From the human T2T-CHM13v2.0 reference genome, Homo sapiens, in the NCBI RefSeq assembly GCF_009914755.1, contig NC_060931.1: DNA of 64,000 bases. One strand, given 5' to 3'. The translations under genes were made by a program, and so were the position numbers. This document shows, piece by piece, positions 57,860 to 64,000 of the stretch. The number at the start of each line of letters is the position of its first letter. Positions within the stretch are counted from its first letter, which is position 1. The notes beneath the pieces were generated by a model. It had not been told where the DNA came from, made no database searches, and saw only the letters and a list, made by a program, of their open reading frames with translations.

Positions 57860-60155
57860 GTTTTAAGTTGATTTTTAAAAATATTTAAAATATCTTGATT
57901 TTGAACCTGTCACAAACTCACAGAATAGTTGCAAGTCTAGTATAAATAGCCTTTTTCCCTGCTTAAGCCATTAGAGTTGAGGCCTGAGGTCCTACAATCA
58001 CTGAATACTTTAGAGTCTACTTTCTTCATTCTCCTATACATACACAATACAACCATCAAAATAAGTAAATATAGTTGTATGCTGAAAAACATTGCTATGA
58101 TACTCCACAGGCCCCATTCAAATTCCAATTGTGCCAATAATATTCTTATAGGAAAAAAATAGTGTACTAAACTTAGTTGCCATATCTCTTTCTTGTAGGA
58201 TTTTTTGCATTTATATTCACAAGTAAAATTGGTTTATATTTTCTTCTACTTCACAGGTTTGGTGTTAAGGACGAGATTTATATGGTAAGTCTGGTTGCTG
58301 TTCTTCTTTTTCAGGTCTTTGCATTTTTAATTCAAAAAAATGATTATTTGTTGCTCAATATTGGTAAAATTTGTTCATCAAACCATCTCAGCATGTGTTT
58401 TTTTTGTTTTTTTGGTGTGGTAAGAAAATTTGGTTTCCACAAAGTACTAGTTTTTTATTTCATTGGTAATTTTCCCCTTTGCTACATTATTGATTTCTAT
58501 ACTTTTCTTTATTACTTCCTTCATTTTAATCACTATTTGGTTATGTTTTTAGCTTTCTTAGTGGAATACATAGCTTACTTTAATCATTCCTCATTTTAAA
58601 AACTAAATGTATTTCCCTAAATTTACCTATTAGTACTGTTTGTTGCATCTGCTATATTTTGGACTACTTTTGTTGTTGGTAGGTTCGAAATATTTTATAA
58701 TTTTCATTGTGATTAATATTGTATGTTACTTGGGAGGCCATTTATAAGACTCCAGGCATATATTCATTAACATAAATAACTTTGTAGTTTTGATTTTGGC
58801 TTGAGGTTTGATTATATGATGTAGTCTATATTAATATTGATTCTTTTAAATTTTTTGAGAATTAGTGATCTAGAAAATTTTTGTAAAAATTTTCTTAGGT
58901 ACATGAAAGAATGTATGTTCTCTGACTTGGAGGTATCAGGTTGTATGTGCATGAGGCGGGTTGGGCGGAGAGAAAAACAGAGAGAAAGAGAGACATAGAT
59001 CACTCATGATAATTTTGTTGCTCAAATCTTTACTATTTCTGTCCATAAAAGTCTTATTAAAACTCTGCATTTATTGGAGATGTCAATATCTCCTTGTGAG
59101 TCTGTCAGTTTTTGCTTAGTATCTTTCACACTTTTTTTATTATATTAAAAAAGTAGTGTTCTTCATTATCCCTACTAAAATTTATACTTTCTATTTTTTC
59201 TGATATTCATATTATATTCCAGATTTCTTTTGGCTGACATTTATCTGATATATCTCCTTTTGTAACTTTATTTTTAACCTTTCAATATGGTTATATGTAT
59301 ATCTCTTGGAAAAAATATAAGAATTTTTTTCATGTAATTTGATTATATTTGTTCTTTAATGCATGATTTTAATCTCTCTATACATTTACTGTGATTACTG
59401 ATACACTTTTACTTATCTCTATAATTTCACTTGGTGTTTTTATGTTAACATCCATTTTTATAACCCCTTCCTCCCATCATTTCCTGCTTTCTGTTCTATA
59501 TTCCCTCTTTTCCTACACAGATTTGAAAACTATAGATTTTATATTTAAAAAATGTATTATACTTTATGATGAACTGTATATTTTTACAATCAAGTCAATA
59601 ATTGGTAATGTCATTCTCCTCCTGGCCAGGACAAAATGTTTAAATGTTTATCCTTATCCCATAAATGCTTATCATCTCATTATGATTCTTTAGAATTTTA
59701 ATTATCTTTTTCAGCAGAACATTTTGGTTATTTGTAGAATTGATAATCTGTTATATATACTAATTAAAAAACAATTTTAGTACCTGCTATTCCTTGATGC
59801 AATTTATATATTCTCTCTGCTATTGTTTTTCATTGTCTTCCCTCTTTCATTAGTTTAGATAGGTAGACAGTTATTTCCATAGGAACTTTAAACACCCTAT
59901 CTTCTAGTATTGAGAAGTTTATTGTTCACCTAAATATCAAACTTTATTGGTAAACTTGGTAGCTCTTCAGATTTCATGTTTGTCTTTGATATTCTGCATC
60001 TTCATTGTGATATGGATTGGTACAGATTTATTATTATTTATGTTGCATAGTATTCAAAGACTTTTTTCTATGAGGATCTATTTTTCTGGAAAGTTATCAG
60101 CAATTATGTTTTCAAATGGTGCTTTTCCATCATTCTCAACATTGTTTCTTTGATA
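57860..60155 (-). mobile_element. Old L1M remnants (L1MC-type 3' end followed by degenerate ORF2)
   Basis: Strongly T-rich strand with antisense-L1 phrases; ACTCACAGAATAGTTGCAAG near the start. Confidence 0.6.
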
Positions 60156-60163
60156 CTCTTAAT

Positions 60164-60939
60164 CAGTGCTGTTGGAAAGAAATATAATATAATCCCTACA
60201 TATGTCTTTTAAAATTTTCTGGTGATCACAATGAAAAAAAAACAGATAAAATTAATTTCAATAATACTTTTTAATACAATATATCAAAAATATAGTCATT
60301 TCACATGCAATCAGTAATTAATGAAATATTTCAATTTTTTAATAGAACTTGCTATTGACTGAATGTTTGTATCATTCCCAAGTTATATCTTGAAATCCTG
60401 ACTCCCAAAGTGATGGAATTAGGAGGTGTAGGGTCTTTGAGGGTCATGATTAGGTTATGAGAGAAAATCCTCTTGAATGGGATTAGGGCCTTCATAAAAA
60501 AGATGCTCAAGTGCATTCTTCTCCCTTTATGTACATAAAGACACAGCAAGAAGAGGGCCATTTATGAACCAGAAAGTGGAGCCTCACAAGACTCTCAATC
60601 TGCTGACACCTTAATTTTAGAATTCTCAGTCTCCATAATGGTGAGAAATAAATTTCTGTTGTCTATGAGACATCGGTCTATGGCATTTTTATTATAGCAG
60701 TCTGAATAGACTAAGACACAAAGTCAAAATCTGCTGTGTATTTTACACTTACAGCACACCTCAATGTGAATGTCAACTTTTCAACAGTTAAATTAAAATG
60801 TATTCTTCCCAAATCAGTAAAGCTGTGTTGAACAGAAAAAATATTTTACAATGATCTAATTTTTAAACTTAAATAATTAAAATAAAAAAATTAATTTCAC
60901 AGTTCAGTAGCTACATGGGGCCAGTATTGAAGAGCACAG
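60164..60939. mobile_element. MER33/Charlie-type hAT element split by an MLT1A
   Basis: Ends CAGTGCTGTTGGAAAGAAATATAA and GTAGCTACATG...GTATTGAAGAGCACAG; internal TGTATTTTACACTTACAGCACA. Confidence 0.7.
60350..60718 (+). mobile_element. MLT1A-type solo LTR
   Basis: TGCTATTGACTGAATGTTTG...GAGAAATAAATTTCTGTTG...GACTAAGACA. Confidence 0.88.
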
Positions 60940-61029
60940 TCTTGGATGAGTATTAGAGAAATTCAATCTAACTTTTTTCTTAACTCTTCATTCATAGTTT
61001 TGAAATCTCATTTTAACTGGATTTCTCTA

Positions 61030-61405
61030 ACTGCAGTGTTGAGAATAGAGTGTAGAGGGAAGGAAGTGAAAGCTGGAAATTGAGTTATGCATCTATTGCA
61101 TTCAGCCTGGTAAGAGGTGATGTTTGGACCAAGGTCATAGGAAAGTGGTTGGATTCTGGATAGATTTTTGAAGTTGAATATAATTTTTGAATGGATTGAA
61201 TATGAGCTGTTAAAAAGCCAGTCAAGGGTGACTTCAAAGTTTGAGCTTTAGCTTCCGTAAAAATTAGAAGAACAAGTTTTAGGGGAAAGCTCATGATTTT
61301 TACTTTAGACATACTACTTTTGAGATGTCCATTAGATTTCCATGTGGAAATATTGGGTTAGGAGTTTGGATATACCACTCTGGAGTTCAGAGAAGATGTT
61401 CTCCC
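61030..61405 (-). mobile_element. L2 fragment
   Basis: GGATTCTGGATAGATTTTTGAAG...TTTGAGATGTCCATTAGA...TGGAGTTCAGAGAAGA. Confidence 0.75.
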
Positions 61406-61582
61406 AGTCTAATGTGTCCTGATGCTTTCTGACCAATTCAGTTTACCCTAGATCATCCCTTGTAGGATCTTTTAGTCATGTTGATGTTTCTCTGTAATAT
61501 AAAACTGTATCTATCTTATGACCTAAAACCTCATGTAATCCAGCTATACAACACATAGATAATCTTTTAAAAATCCATGTTC

Positions 61583-61909
<327 letters not shown>

Positions 61910-62079
61910 TTATATATTATAAACTTAAGATGGCACAATTAAATTCTGAACAGAGATTTCTGAAGGCAATACTCTAAAAATCTGGGACAATAGTAATGAT
62001 GGTGCGGCTTACTATAACAAGATATTTATAAACAATGAAAGCCTTTGTGTCCTTAAATCTTTCTAGATAAACAGCTATA

Positions 62080-63810
<1,731 letters not shown>

Positions 63811-64000
63811 TTTTTCTTGATAATGTTGCCTTTGTTTTGTAATTGCTAACTTCTTGATGGGTTATTCCAATGTAAAAGAGTATGATTTATAACTCTTGAA
63901 AGTGTTAAGATGGCAAATATTCTCTAAAGCAGCAGGAAACATAAGACTTTCCTTACCATGTGCTAGGGGAAACTATCTTAGTGGGGAAAAAAAGGGAATA

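Noticed and set aside
58177-58599. 140-aa hydrophobic ORF resembling a membrane protein
   Set aside because: T-rich antisense old L1 gives F/L/I-rich frames; the start is non-ATG and I recognise no family.

Overview
Primate (very probably human) AT-rich, CpG-poor genomic DNA, intergenic or deep intronic. I see no credible protein-coding gene, tRNA, rRNA or CRISPR array. The listed ORFs are Alu, L1, LTR or simple-repeat read-throughs, or chance ORFs. The only real protein homology is broken L1 ORF2 at about 17.5-18.8 kb. The window starts with the 5' end of a minus-strand HERV-H provirus (LTR7, His PBS, splice donor). The rest is a mosaic of interspersed repeats: about 15 Alu/FLAM pieces, solo LTRs (LTR9-like, MER4, MER31, MER11, THE1D, MLT1, LTR16), L1, L2, MIR, hAT MERs and microsatellites. 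Highlights: (i) the LTR7 has a SOX-type motif and a strong splice donor but a mutated TATA box; (ii) a twin-primed inverted L1 is inserted into the TATA box of an LTR; (iii) an AT hairpin is followed by tandem copies of a 32-bp sequence found identically 1.77 kb upstream, possibly a template-switch scar; (iv) several nested insertions have readable TSDs. Repeat family names come from recalled consensus sequences, not a database search, and boundaries of old elements are approximate. I found no evidence of a new multi-gene biological system.
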